Source: Clostridia bacterium (GTDB lineage: Bacteria; Bacillota; Clostridia; Oscillospirales; CAG-272). Taken from it: a stretch of DNA of 64,000 nucleotides. Positions 26,733 to 36,479 of the stretch are shown here, piece after piece. Location: assembly GCA_017467085.1 (NCBI GenBank), contig JAFTSW010000008.1:1174-65173 (forward strand). The letters are read 5' to 3'. A model generated the notes under the pieces. That model ran no database searches, was not told the origin of the DNA, and worked only from the letters and a program-made list of their open reading frames with translations. Made by a program: the position numbers and the translations under genes. Within the stretch, counting starts at the first letter, position 1; every line of letters starts with the position of its first letter.

Positions 26733-29000
26733 ATGAATACAAACAACACGCAAAGTCGGTTATCGGAGATTGCAACCCGTATTAAGGAGCTGCGCGAGAT
26801 TATGGGCTTTTCCGTTGCGGAAATGACCGGGAAAACCGATGTGGACGAGGCTACCTATCTTTCTTATGAAAGCGGTACGGTGGACATTCCCTTCTCCTTT
26901 ATTCATAAGTGCGCGCTGGCATTCGGCGTTGAAATGACCGAGCTTTTGGAGGGCAGCACGGCAAAGCTCTCCACCTATACGGTCACAAGAAAGGGCAGAG
27001 GACAGGGAACCGCCAAGGAGGACGGCATCGATATTGCCAACCTGGCGCCCAAGTTCAAGGATAAGCTGGCAGAGCCCTACTACGTTACCTACGAGTATTC
27101 CCAGGCGCAGCAGAACAAGCCCATTCATCTGACCACCCACAGCGGCCAGGAATTTGACTTGGTGCTGAGCGGTAAGCTGAAAATCCAGGTCGGTGAGCAT
27201 ACCGAATTTCTGGAGGAGGGGGACAGCATCTATTACAATTCCTCCATTCCGCACGGTATGATTGCCGTAGACGGCAAGGACTGCACCTTCGTTGCGGTGG
27301 TTATGTCGGGCGACAACTCCAATGAAACGGTTGTCAGAAAGAGCGTTATCGCCGCCAAGAAGAGCGAGGCGCTGGTTTGCGAAAAATTCCTTGACGTAAA
27401 GGAAAACGCAAACGGGGAATTGGAGAGCATCCGCTTCAAGAATACCGAAAGCTTCAACTTTGGCTTCGACATCGTGGACGGCATTGCAGACAGCTATCCC
27501 GAAAAGCTGGCTATGCTTCATCTTGACAGAAACAAGAACGAGCGCCGCTTCACCTTCAAGGATATCAAGAAGGCGTCCAACCAGGTGGCAAACTATTTCA
27601 CCTCCCTTGGCATCAAGCGGGGCGATAAGGTTATGCTGGTGTTAAAGCGCCATTACCAGTTCTGGTTCTGTATGGTTGCGCTGCATAAGCTGGGCGCTAT
27701 CGCCATCCCCGCAACCAACCAGCTGAAGGAGCACGATTTTGAGTATCGCTACAATTCCGCAGGGGTTAAGGCAATCGTCTGCACCGCTGACGGTGATACC
27801 TATACCTATGCCCAAAGCGCCGCCAAAAAGTGTCCCCAGGTGGAAAAGCTTCTGATGGTCGGCGGTGTCAGAGAGGGCTGGCTTGATTTTGATAAGGAAT
27901 ATAAGCTCTTCTCCAGCAAGTTCGAGCGTCCCGCCGACTGCTCCGCGGGAGATGACCTTGCTCTGATGTTCTTCACCTCGGGTACCACGGGTAACCCCAA
28001 AATGGCAGCCCATAAGCATACCTACGCCCTGGGTCACTACGTGACGGCAAAATATTGGCACTGCTGTGAGCGTGATGGCTTGCATCTGACCATTTCCGAT
28101 ACGGGCTGGGGCAAATCCCTCTGGGGCAAGCTCTACGGCCAATGGCTCTGCGAGGGAGCGGTGTTCGTCTATGACTTCGATAAGTTTGACGAGAACGATT
28201 TGCTTCCTATGTTTGCCGAGTACAATATCACCACCTTCTGCGCGCCGCCCACGATGCTCAGAATGCTCATCCGCGGCGACCTTTCCAAGTTCGATTTGTC
28301 CTCTATCCACCATATGACCACCGCAGGCGAGGCGTTGAACCCCGAGGTGTTCAACCAGTTCAAAACGGCAACGGGTCTTGAAATTATGGAGGGCTTCGGG
28401 CAGACGGAAACCACCCTTGCTATTGCGAACCTTTACGGTATGACGCCCAAAATCGGCGCGATGGGTAAGGCAAATCCCCAGTATGACGTGGACGTGGTAG
28501 ACGCCGACGGCAAATCTCTTCCCGCGGGTGAAATCGGCGAAATCGTCATTCACACGGACAAGGAGGTTCCTTGCGGTCTGTTCAAGGAATACTACCGCGA
28601 CAGTGAAAAAACGGTGGACGCCTGGCACGACGGCCTGTATCACACGGGCGACACCGCTTGGCGGGATGAGGACGGCTACTTCTGGTACGTTGGGCGTGTG
28701 GATGACGTTATCAAGTCCTCGGGCTACCGCATCGGGCCCTTTGAAATCGAAAGCGTCATTATGGAGCTGCCGTACGTGTTGGAATGCGGCGTTTCCGCTG
28801 CTCCCGACCCCGTCAGAGGGCAGGTGGTCAAGGCAAGCGTTGTTCTCGTGAAGGGAACCGAGCCCACCGATGCGCTGAAAAAGGAAATCCAGAATTACGT
28901 CAAGGAGCATACCGCCCCCTACAAGTATCCCCGTATCGTGGTGTTCCGCGACTCTCTTCCCAAAACCATCAGCGGCAAGATTCAGAGAAACAAGCTTTAA
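26733..29000 (+). CDS. fusion protein: XRE-type HTH + cupin (PuuR-like) + medium-chain (ACSM/MACS-like) AMP-forming acyl-CoA synthetase
   Basis: ATG lies behind TAAGGAGG. aa 1-70 carry the HTH (RIKELREIMGFSVAEM...). aa ~110-200 carry the cupin (HSGQEFDLVLSGKLKIQVG...GDSIYYNSSIPHG). The remainder is the ligase, with FFTSGTTGNPK, GFGQTETT, YHTGD, SSGYRIGPFEIE and PKTISGKIQR. Confidence 0.85.
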   Translation: MNTNNTQSRLSEIATRIKELREIMGFSVAEMTGKTDVDEATYLSYESGTVDIPFSFIHKCALAFGVEMTELLEGSTAKLSTYTVTRKGRGQGTAKEDGIDIANLAPKFKDKLAEPYYVTYEYSQAQQNKPIHLTTHSGQEFDLVLSGKLKIQVGEHTEFLEEGDSIYYNSSIPHGMIAVDGKDCTFVAVVMSGDNSNETVVRKSVIAAKKSEALVCEKFLDVKENANGELESIRFKNTESFNFGFDIVDGIADSYPEKLAMLHLDRNKNERRFTFKDIKKASNQVANYFTSLGIKRGDKVMLVLKRHYQFWFCMVALHKLGAIAIPATNQLKEHDFEYRYNSAGVKAIVCTADGDTYTYAQSAAKKCPQVEKLLMVGGVREGWLDFDKEYKLFSSKFERPADCSAGDDLALMFFTSGTTGNPKMAAHKHTYALGHYVTAKYWHCCERDGLHLTISDTGWGKSLWGKLYGQWLCEGAVFVYDFDKFDENDLLPMFAEYNITTFCAPPTMLRMLIRGDLSKFDLSSIHHMTTAGEALNPEVFNQFKTATGLEIMEGFGQTETTLAIANLYGMTPKIGAMGKANPQYDVDVVDADGKSLPAGEIGEIVIHTDKEVPCGLFKEYYRDSEKTVDAWHDGLYHTGDTAWRDEDGYFWYVGRVDDVIKSSGYRIGPFEIESVIMELPYVLECGVSAAPDPVRGQVVKASVVLVKGTEPTDALKKEIQNYVKEHTAPYKYPRIVVFRDSLPKTISGKIQRNKL

Positions 29001-29108
29001 TGCATAGATGGGTGCGGTCTGCCTCTATTTGGACCGCACCCGACTCCCCCATCTGTTATATTTTTAATATAATGGATAAATTTGTATCCGAAAAATTGAA
29101 AAAAACAG

Positions 29109-29137
29109 TTGACAAATACTTGAAAGTGTGGTAATAT
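29109..29137 (+). promoter_or_regulatory. sigma-A promoter of T-box leader 2
   Basis: TTGACA, 17 nt spacer, TGgTAATAT. Confidence 0.65.
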
Positions 29138-29144
29138 CTCTTTA

Positions 29145-29417
29145 TAAAGCTATAAAGGCGTTGACGAAGAGTGCAGGTATGTGGCTTTTTCAGAGAAGCG
29201 GCGGTTGGTGCGAGCCGTTAAAATGCTATCCCCTGTTTGTAGCTTCCGAGCCGAGAGGAAGAAAGAGTATCGAGTAGAACCTCTCCGCGTTTGCTGCGTA
29301 AGTGCATACGGGTTGATTGACCCTGAGGGGCGGCTTTTGCCGCAATTTGAGTGGTACCGCGGGTTTTGATGTAACAAGCTCGTCTCAAAGTATTTATCTT
29401 TGTGGCGGGCTTTTTTT
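29145..29417 (+). promoter_or_regulatory. T-box leader 2 (candidate specifier GUA, Val)
   Basis: Same architecture as leader 1: TTGA/GA kink-turn, AGAGA, GTTGGTGCGAGCC. T-box AATTTGAGTGGTACCGCG lies at 29344..29361. The terminator is gctcgtctcaaag/ctttgtggcgggc plus T7. GTA-G precedes the lower-stem strand CTTC (29239..29242). Confidence 0.8.
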
Positions 29418-29443
29418 GTCGCCATAACAATCTTGGAGGAAAT

Positions 29444-31729
29444 ATGCAAGGAATTACGGGACTGGATTTGAAAATAAAGGAAATGGCAAACCGTATCCGT
29501 GAGCTTCGTGAAATCGAGGGCTTGACGGTGGTGGAGATGGCTGCCAAAACGGGTGTGTCCGAGGCAGAATATCTTGCCTGTGAAAACGGCGAGTCCGATT
29601 TGAACTTTGCCTTTATCTATCGCTGTGCCTCCGCCTTCAACGTGGACGTAACAGATATTATCGAGGGTAAAAGCCCCACGCTGAAGTCCTATACCTTAAC
29701 GAGAAGCGGACAGGGTCAGCGCATCGAAGAGGCGCACGGAATGACCTATTTCAACCTAGCATCCGCCTTCCGTAACCGTATCGCCGAGCCCCTGTACGTT
29801 TGCAGCCGTTATAGCGAAAAGGCGCAAACGGGGGACATTGAGCTGACTACCCACGATGGGCAGGAGTGCGATATCGTTCTCAGCGGTCACCTGAAAATTC
29901 AGATTGGCTCTCATATTGAGGTTCTCGGCCCCGGTGACAGCATTTATTACGATAGCTCCACACCTCACGGTATGATTGCCGTGGAGGGTGAGGACTGTCG
30001 CTTCTACGCCATTGTGCTGAATCCCACGGGCGAGCCCATTCCCGAGCTGCAGCCCTCCAAGGCGGTCCAGAGCCGTCCTGCCAAGCGTGACGATAAGGAA
30101 AGAGTCTATTCTGCCTTCGTAGACACCGAGGAGGACGAAAACGGTACCCCCACCTCTATTACCTTCAAAAACACCGACACCTTTAACTTTGCCTACGATG
30201 TAGTAGACAAAATTGCCGAGAAGGAGCCGAGAAAGCTTGCCCTCTTGCACGTGGCAAGCGATAAGACGGAAACCAGGCTTTCCTTCTCCGATATCAAGAA
30301 AAATTCCTGCCGCGCCGCCAACTACTTTAAGTCCCTCGGCATCAAGAAGGGGGACCGCGTGATGCTGGTGCTGGGCAGACACTACCAGTTCTGGTACGCC
30401 ATTCTTGGGCTTCACCGCCTGGGCGCTATCGCCATTCCTGCCATGAACCAGCTGCTGGACCACGACTTAGAATACCGCTTCAAGGCGGCAGGCGTGTCCG
30501 CTATCCTCTGTACGGGGAAGGGCGGCGTTTCCACCGAGGTGGATAAGGCAGAGGCGCAGCTTGGCAGAAGCCTTATCAAGATTATGGTAGGCGGCAAAAA
30601 GGAGGGCTGGCGCAGCTTTGACGAGGAATGCGCCTTATACAGCACCCACTTTGACCGTACCGCCGATACCCCCTGTGGCAACGATACGCTTCTGATGTTC
30701 TTCACCTCCGGCACCACGGGCTATCCCAAAATCGCCGTACATAACCATAAGTACCCCCTGGGTCACTTCCACACCGCCAAGTATTGGCACAACGTGGACT
30801 CGGACGGCTTGCACTTCACCATCTCGGATACGGGCTGGGCAAAGGCGCTCTGGGGCAAGCTCTACGGTCAATGGCTCTGCGAGGCGGCAACCTTTGTGTA
30901 CGATTTCGAGCGCTTCCACGCGGACGATATCCTTCCTATGTTCGCCAAGTACCAGATTACCACCTTCTGCGCACCGCCCACGATGCTCCGTATGATGGTC
31001 AAGGAGGACATCTCCAAGTACGACCTCTCCTCCGTCAAGCATATGACCACGGCAGGCGAAGCGCTGAACCCCGAGGTTTACCGCCAATTCGAGGAAGCCA
31101 CGGGCTTGCAGATTCTGGAGGGCTTCGGTCAGTCCGAAAGCACTATGATTATCGGAAACCTGCGGGGCGCGCCTCATAAGATTGGCTCTATGGGCAAGCC
31201 TGCCCCCATTTACGACGTGGAGCTGCTCTCCGCTGACGGCAAGCAGGTTCCCGTGGGTGAATCGGGTGAAATCGTTGTCAAGATTGCAAACGGCTCTCCC
31301 TGCGGACTCTTCGACGGCTATTACCAGGACGAGGAAAAGACCCGCGAGGTCAAGCACGATGGCTACTACCATACGGGCGACGTCGCCTGGCGTGACGAGG
31401 ACGGCTTCTATTGGTACGTCGGTCGTGTGGATGACGTTATCAAGTCCTCGGGCTACCGCATCGGGCCCTTTGAAATCGAAAGCGTTATTATGGAGCTGCC
31501 GTACGTCTTGGAATGCGGCGTTTCCGCCGCACCCGACCCCGTCAGAGGTCAGGTGGTAAAGGCGAGCATCGTGCTGGTGCCGGGCACCGTTGCCTCGGAC
31601 GCCCTCGTCAAGGAAATCCAGGACTACGTCAAGACCCATACCGCACCCTACAAGTATCCCAGAATTATCGTTTTCCGTGACGCGCTTCCCAAAACCGCCA
31701 GCGGAAAAATCCAAAGAAATCTGCTGTAA
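29444..31729 (+). CDS. paralogous fusion protein: XRE-type HTH + cupin + ACSM/MACS-like acyl-CoA synthetase
   Basis: ATG lies behind GGAGGA. Same three-domain layout as 26733..29000. The N-terminal ~250 aa are strongly diverged from the paralog, while the C-terminal ligase subdomain is nearly identical. Confidence 0.85.
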   Translation: MQGITGLDLKIKEMANRIRELREIEGLTVVEMAAKTGVSEAEYLACENGESDLNFAFIYRCASAFNVDVTDIIEGKSPTLKSYTLTRSGQGQRIEEAHGMTYFNLASAFRNRIAEPLYVCSRYSEKAQTGDIELTTHDGQECDIVLSGHLKIQIGSHIEVLGPGDSIYYDSSTPHGMIAVEGEDCRFYAIVLNPTGEPIPELQPSKAVQSRPAKRDDKERVYSAFVDTEEDENGTPTSITFKNTDTFNFAYDVVDKIAEKEPRKLALLHVASDKTETRLSFSDIKKNSCRAANYFKSLGIKKGDRVMLVLGRHYQFWYAILGLHRLGAIAIPAMNQLLDHDLEYRFKAAGVSAILCTGKGGVSTEVDKAEAQLGRSLIKIMVGGKKEGWRSFDEECALYSTHFDRTADTPCGNDTLLMFFTSGTTGYPKIAVHNHKYPLGHFHTAKYWHNVDSDGLHFTISDTGWAKALWGKLYGQWLCEAATFVYDFERFHADDILPMFAKYQITTFCAPPTMLRMMVKEDISKYDLSSVKHMTTAGEALNPEVYRQFEEATGLQILEGFGQSESTMIIGNLRGAPHKIGSMGKPAPIYDVELLSADGKQVPVGESGEIVVKIANGSPCGLFDGYYQDEEKTREVKHDGYYHTGDVAWRDEDGFYWYVGRVDDVIKSSGYRIGPFEIESVIMELPYVLECGVSAAPDPVRGQVVKASIVLVPGTVASDALVKEIQDYVKTHTAPYKYPRIIVFRDALPKTASGKIQRNLL

Positions 31730-31758
31730 AAATCAATCTAAGGAAAGGGAAGGGCAGT

Positions 31759-32418
31759 ATGCAGGAAAAAAGAATTACTATTTTTTCAGGGCACTACGGC
31801 AGCGGCAAAACCAATATCGCCGTCAATCACGCTCTTGCCCTGAGGGAAAAGCATTCACGGGTTGTCATTGCCGACATCGACATCGTCAACCCCTATTTCA
31901 GAACCAAGGATAGCGAGGCGCTTTTAGCGGAGCGCGATATCCGCCTTATCTGCTCGGCGTACGCCAACAGTAACGTGGATATTCCCGCCCTGCCCCCCGA
32001 AATCTACGCCGTGACGGACGATAAGTCCCTCTATGCGGTGCTGGACGTGGGCGGCGATGAGCGAGGCGCCCTCGCCCTTGGCAGATTGGTTCCCGCTATC
32101 AGAGAGGAGAACGATTACGAGATGGTGTTCGTCTTGAATCGCTTCCGTCCGCTGACACGGGATTTGGACGGTGTTTTCACCGTTATGCGTGAAATCGAGG
32201 CGGCGTGCGGACTCCGCTTTACCGCCCTGATTAACAACTCCAACCTTGGTGCGGAAACCACCGAGGAGGACGTGCGCGGCTCCGTTGCCTTCGCCAAGGA
32301 GGTTGCCGCCGCCGCCAATATTCCATTTTGGTATACAACGGTACACGAATCGCTCTGGCATCTGTTTTCCCAAGAGAGCGAGGACTACCGCCCCATATTA
32401 TTACAAAAACGTATGTAA
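31759..32418 (+). CDS. P-loop NTPase of the MinD/ParA/CooC-like (SIMIBI) type, function unknown
   Basis: The N-terminal ITIFSGHYGSGKTNIAVN is a deviant Walker A. The DIDIVNPYF and LDVGGDERG patterns are present. It sits between the ligase and the oxidoreductase genes. Confidence 0.6.
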   Translation: MQEKRITIFSGHYGSGKTNIAVNHALALREKHSRVVIADIDIVNPYFRTKDSEALLAERDIRLICSAYANSNVDIPALPPEIYAVTDDKSLYAVLDVGGDERGALALGRLVPAIREENDYEMVFVLNRFRPLTRDLDGVFTVMREIEAACGLRFTALINNSNLGAETTEEDVRGSVAFAKEVAAAANIPFWYTTVHESLWHLFSQESEDYRPILLQKRM

Positions 32419-32429
32419 AGGAGAATACC

Positions 32430-32636
32430 ATGGCAAAATTAACCTTCAAAGCAGAAAAATGCAAGGGCTGTGGCCTTTGTGTTGACGCTTGTCCCAAGCA
32501 GGTTCTGGCGCTTGACGCCGATACCATCAACCAGAAGGGACACCATCCCGTCAAGGCGGTCAACGAGGAGGCGTGCATTGGCTGTGCCTTCTGCGCCACC
32601 ATGTGTCCCGATTGCATCATTAAGGTAGAAAGGTGA
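32430..32636 (+). CDS. 2-oxoacid:ferredoxin oxidoreductase delta subunit (2x[4Fe-4S] ferredoxin)
   Basis: 68 aa with the clusters CKGCGLCVDACP and CIGCAFCATMCP. Confidence 0.85.
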   Translation: MAKLTFKAEKCKGCGLCVDACPKQVLALDADTINQKGHHPVKAVNEEACIGCAFCATMCPDCIIKVER

Positions 32637-32644
32637 GAAAAGCA

Positions 32645-33706
32645 ATGTCTGATAAGGTATTAATGAAAGGCAACGAAGCCATTGCCGAGGCCGCCATCAT
32701 CGCAGGCTGCCGTCATTATTTTGGCTACCCCATTACCCCCCAAACCGAAATTGCCGCTTATATGGCAAAGAGAATGCCCAAAATCGGCGGCACCTTCCTG
32801 CAGGCCGAGAGCGAAATTGCCGCCATCAATATGGTATACGGCGTTTCCGCAACGGGCAAGCGCGTGATGACCTCCTCCTCCAGCCCCGGAATTTCTCTGA
32901 AGGGCGAGGGACTTTCCTACTTAGCAGGTGCTGACCTGCCTGCCTTGGTGGTCAACGTGCAGCGCGGCGGCCCCGGTCTTGGCGGTATTCAGCCCTCCCA
33001 GAGCGACTATTTCCAGGCAACCAAGGGCGGCGCTCACGGTGACTTCCATATGCTGGTTCTGGCGCCTGCCTCCGTCCAGGAAATGGCAGAGTTGACGGTC
33101 AAGGGCTTTGCCCTGGCGGACAAGTACCGTATGACCTCTATGATTCTGGCAGACGGTACGATGGGTCAGATGATGGAGCCCGTTTCTCTCTCCTTCGATA
33201 TCGAGGAGGCTCCCGCAAAGCCCTGGGCTGTAACGGGGACCAAGCTTGAAAGACCCCACAACATCGTAAACTCTCTGTTCTTAAAGCCCGAAGAGCTGGA
33301 AAGAACCAACTTCGAGCGTTACGAGCGTTATAAGTACATCGAGGAAAACGAAGTGATGTACGAGGAATATATGATGGAGGATGCGGAAATCTGCGTGGCA
33401 GCCTTCGGCATTGCCGCCCGTGTTTCCAAGAACGCCATCAACGAGGCAAGAGCCAAGGGCATCAAGGTGGGTATGATTCGTCCCATCACCCTCTGGCCCT
33501 TCCCCACCAAGCAGTTTGCCGCGGCAGCAGAGAAGGTCAAGGCCTTCGTGTCCGTGGAGCTTTCTATGGGACAGATGATTGAGGACGTTCGCCTGGCAGT
33601 TAACGGCAAGGCGCCCGTTACTCTTTGCAACAGAGCAGGCGGTATGATTCCTGCGCCCGAACAGGTGCTGGCAGCGATTGAGGCCGCCAATAAAGGAGGT
33701 AACTGA
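32645..33706 (+). CDS. 2-oxoacid:ferredoxin oxidoreductase alpha subunit (VOR/KOR type)
   Basis: [31 protein letters not shown] is the typical N-terminus of the POR_N domain. Length and order fit a four-subunit OFOR. Confidence 0.85.
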   Translation: MSDKVLMKGNEAIAEAAIIAGCRHYFGYPITPQTEIAAYMAKRMPKIGGTFLQAESEIAAINMVYGVSATGKRVMTSSSSPGISLKGEGLSYLAGADLPALVVNVQRGGPGLGGIQPSQSDYFQATKGGAHGDFHMLVLAPASVQEMAELTVKGFALADKYRMTSMILADGTMGQMMEPVSLSFDIEEAPAKPWAVTGTKLERPHNIVNSLFLKPEELERTNFERYERYKYIEENEVMYEEYMMEDAEICVAAFGIAARVSKNAINEARAKGIKVGMIRPITLWPFPTKQFAAAAEKVKAFVSVELSMGQMIEDVRLAVNGKAPVTLCNRAGGMIPAPEQVLAAIEAANKGGN

Positions 33707-33707
33707 A

Positions 33708-34451
33708 ATGGTAGTATTTGATAAACCCCATGCGCTTTCCGATGCGCCCCTGCATTATTGCCCCGGCTGTACCCACGGCATCGTGCATCGCCTGGTTGCC
33801 GAGGTAATGGACGAGCTTGGCATTGAGGGAAGAACCATTGGTATTGCCCCCGTTGGCTGCTCGGTTATGGCATATGACTATTTTAACTGCGATATGATTG
33901 AGGCTGCCCACGGCAGAGCTCCCGCCGTTGCGACGGGCGTAAAGCGCTCCGACCCCAATAACATCGTTTTCACCTACCAGGGTGACGGCGACCTTGCCTC
34001 CATCGGTATGGCAGAAACGGTACATAGCGCCGCCAGAAACGAAAATATCACCGTTATCTTTATCAACAACGCCATCTACGGTATGACGGGCGGACAAATG
34101 GCGCCCACCTCCTTGCCCGGACAGGTCACCCAGACCTCTCCCTACGGACGTGACGTTTCTCATTGCGGCTTCCCCATCAAGGTTTGCGAAATGCTTTCCC
34201 AGCTGGACGGCCCCGAGTATCTGGAGCGTGTAGCGGTCAACAACGTCAAGAACGTCAAGAACGCCAAGAAGGCTATCAAGAAGGCTTTTGAAAACCAGGT
34301 CAACGGAAAGGGCTTCTCCTTGGTAGAGGTCATTTCCTCCTGCCCCACCAACTGGGGTATGACGCCTGCTAAGGCTTTGGCTTGGATTGACGAGAAAATG
34401 ATTCCTTATTATCCTCTCGGGGTATATAAGGACAGAAGCGCAGGAAAGTAA
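33708..34451 (+). CDS. 2-oxoacid:ferredoxin oxidoreductase beta subunit (TPP-binding)
   Basis: YCPGCTHGI cysteine motif and the GDGD TPP-binding region. Confidence 0.85.
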   Translation: MVVFDKPHALSDAPLHYCPGCTHGIVHRLVAEVMDELGIEGRTIGIAPVGCSVMAYDYFNCDMIEAAHGRAPAVATGVKRSDPNNIVFTYQGDGDLASIGMAETVHSAARNENITVIFINNAIYGMTGGQMAPTSLPGQVTQTSPYGRDVSHCGFPIKVCEMLSQLDGPEYLERVAVNNVKNVKNAKKAIKKAFENQVNGKGFSLVEVISSCPTNWGMTPAKALAWIDEKMIPYYPLGVYKDRSAGK

Positions 34452-34463
34452 GGAGGAAGGACG

Positions 34464-35006
34464 ATGAAAACAACCCAGTATTTGTTTGCAGGCTTTGGCG
34501 GACAGGGCATTCTGTTCGCAGGTAAGTTTTTGGCATACCAGGGACTCAACGATGGCAAGAACGTCAGCTGGCTCCCCTCCTACGGTCCCGAAATGCGTGG
34601 CGGTACGGCAAGCTGCAGCGTCATCATCAGCGATATTCCCGTTGGCTCTCCCATCGTGTCGAATCCCGACGTATTGATTGCGATGAACCTGCCCTCCCTG
34701 GATAAGTACGAGTCCACCGTTGCCCCCGGCGGCACCATCTTCGTGGATTCCACGCTGATTTCCCGTAAGGTTACCCGTACCGACGTGACCGTGCATTACA
34801 TTCCTGCCACTCAGATGGCATCCGACAACAAAACCCCCACCCTTGCCAATATGATTATTATGGGTAAGGTTCTGGCAGAAAGCGGCACCTTCGAGGATGA
34901 GGAAAAGGTGCTTGCCGCCCTGCAGAAGGTTATCTCCGCAAAGCGTGCCGATATGTTAGACGTCAACCTTGGCGCTCTTCGCCTCGGCAAGGATTATCAA
35001 GGTTAA
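34464..35006 (+). CDS. 2-oxoacid:ferredoxin oxidoreductase gamma subunit
   Basis: 180 aa with the FAGFGGQGILFAGK N-terminus typical of gamma subunits. Confidence 0.85.
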   Translation: MKTTQYLFAGFGGQGILFAGKFLAYQGLNDGKNVSWLPSYGPEMRGGTASCSVIISDIPVGSPIVSNPDVLIAMNLPSLDKYESTVAPGGTIFVDSTLISRKVTRTDVTVHYIPATQMASDNKTPTLANMIIMGKVLAESGTFEDEEKVLAALQKVISAKRADMLDVNLGALRLGKDYQG

Positions 35007-35040
35007 CAAGGATTATCAAGGTTAATAAGGAGAAGAAAAG

Positions 35041-36108
35041 ATGGAAATCAAAATCACCAGAAATCCTAACCCCGGTGTAAAGCCCGAGCCCTCCGTTCTG
35101 GGCTTCGGTAAATATTTCACCGACCATATGTTTATGATGGACTATTCCGCAGAGGAGGGCTGGCACGATGCCAGAATCGTCCCCTTCGGTCCTCTGATGC
35201 TCCATCCTGCCTGCACAGCCCTGCATTACGGAAGCGAAATCTTCGAGGGCTTGAAGGCATACCGCCGTGCTGACGGCAAGGTACAGCTCTTCCGCCCCAT
35301 CGAGAATATCCGCCGTATGAATCGCTCTGCCGAGCGTCTTTGCCTGCCCACCGTTCCCGAGGAGCTGGCAATGGAGGTTCTGACCAAGTTCATCTCCTTT
35401 GAACAGGATTGGACGCCCTCTGCCCCCGGCACCTCGCTCTATATCCGTCCCTTTATGTTCGGTAATGACGAAACCTTGGGTGTTCACGCGGTGAAGCACG
35501 CCACCTTCGTTATCATCACCTCTCCCGTAGGCAGCTACTATAAGGAGGGCATCAACCCCGTTAAGATTATGATTGAAGCAGACGATGTCCGCGCTGTTCG
35601 CGGCGGTACGGGTGAAGCCAAGTGCGGCGGTAACTACGCCGCCTCCAACCGCGCGGGTGAAAAGGCTGAAAAGGCCGGCTATTCTCAGGTGCTGTGGCTC
35701 GACGGTGTTGAGCGCAAGTACATCGAGGAGGTCGGCGCTATGAACGTTATGTTCAAGATTGACGGCGAGGTTGTTACCCCCGCGCTTCTCGGCTCCATTC
35801 TGCCTGGCATCACCAGAAAGTCCTGCCTTGAGCTTCTGCGCGCCGAGGGCTACCGTGTCAGCGAGCGCCGCTTGAGCATCGATGAGTTGGCAAAGGCATT
35901 GGAGGAGGGCAAGCTCGAGGAGGCTTGGGGCTGCGGCACCGCCGCCGTTATCTCTCCTATCGGTGAGCTTTGCTATATGGGCAAGAAGTACACCATCAAT
36001 AACGGCGAAATCGGCGAGGTGACTGCTCACCTCTACAATTCCTTGACGGGCATCCAGTGGGGAACCCTTCCCGATACCTATGGCTGGACTCTTCCCATTG
36101 AGGACTAA
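35041..36108 (+). CDS. ilvE: branched-chain amino acid aminotransferase
   Basis: 355 aa class-IV aminotransferase pattern (FEGLKAYR, EVGAMNVMF, GITR). Confidence 0.9.
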   Translation: MEIKITRNPNPGVKPEPSVLGFGKYFTDHMFMMDYSAEEGWHDARIVPFGPLMLHPACTALHYGSEIFEGLKAYRRADGKVQLFRPIENIRRMNRSAERLCLPTVPEELAMEVLTKFISFEQDWTPSAPGTSLYIRPFMFGNDETLGVHAVKHATFVIITSPVGSYYKEGINPVKIMIEADDVRAVRGGTGEAKCGGNYAASNRAGEKAEKAGYSQVLWLDGVERKYIEEVGAMNVMFKIDGEVVTPALLGSILPGITRKSCLELLRAEGYRVSERRLSIDELAKALEEGKLEEAWGCGTAAVISPIGELCYMGKKYTINNGEIGEVTAHLYNSLTGIQWGTLPDTYGWTLPIED

Positions 36109-36147
36109 AAAAACGCGAAAAAACCTAAAAAAACCTGAAAAAAGCAC

Positions 36148-36176
36148 TTGACAAAACCGAATGGCTGTGGTATAAT
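36148..36176 (+). promoter_or_regulatory. sigma-A promoter of T-box leader 3
   Basis: TTGACA, 17 nt spacer, TATAAT. Confidence 0.65.
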
Positions 36177-36184
36177 GCTCGTAT

Positions 36185-36449
36185 CAAATTTCAAATGCGA
36201 TGAAGGAATTATTTCTTTTCCTCATTTTACTGCAGAGAGTCGGCGGTTGGTGCAAGCCGATGTAAAGGGTTAAGAAAGTCTCATTCCGGAGCAGAATTTC
36301 CGAACCGAAAGTAAGAAATTCCGTATGCCTCGTTATCGGCTAATGGCTTGTTAGAGCCTGAGAGTGACCGTTTTTTAACGGTAATCAGGGTGGTACCGCG
36401 AAAAGTATTTTTCGTCCCTGAAGCGATTGCTTCAGGGGCGTTTTGTTTT
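36185..36449 (+). promoter_or_regulatory. T-box leader 3 (candidate specifier CUC, Leu)
   Basis: GATGA/GA kink-turn, AGAGAG, distal loop GTTGGTGCAAGCC. T-box AATCAGGGTGGTACCGCG lies at 36383..36400. The terminator is cgtccctgaagc/gcttcaggggcg plus TTTTGTTTT. CTC-A precedes the lower-stem strand TTCC (36280..36283). Confidence 0.85.
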
Positions 36450-36479
36450 ATTTTACCCATCACGAAAGGAAGAGAAACT

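Noticed and set aside
27642-28910. Long antisense ORFs opposite well-supported genes (this one, plus 2740..4005, 30635..31714, 33618..34796, 34963..36147, 36573..37889, 38051..40252, 59900..60862 and 61598..62779).
   Set aside because: They lie entirely opposite genes with clear family motifs. They have Arg/Gly/Ala/His-rich low-complexity translations, no RBS and no recognisable domains. These are typical shadow ORFs of GC-rich coding sequence.
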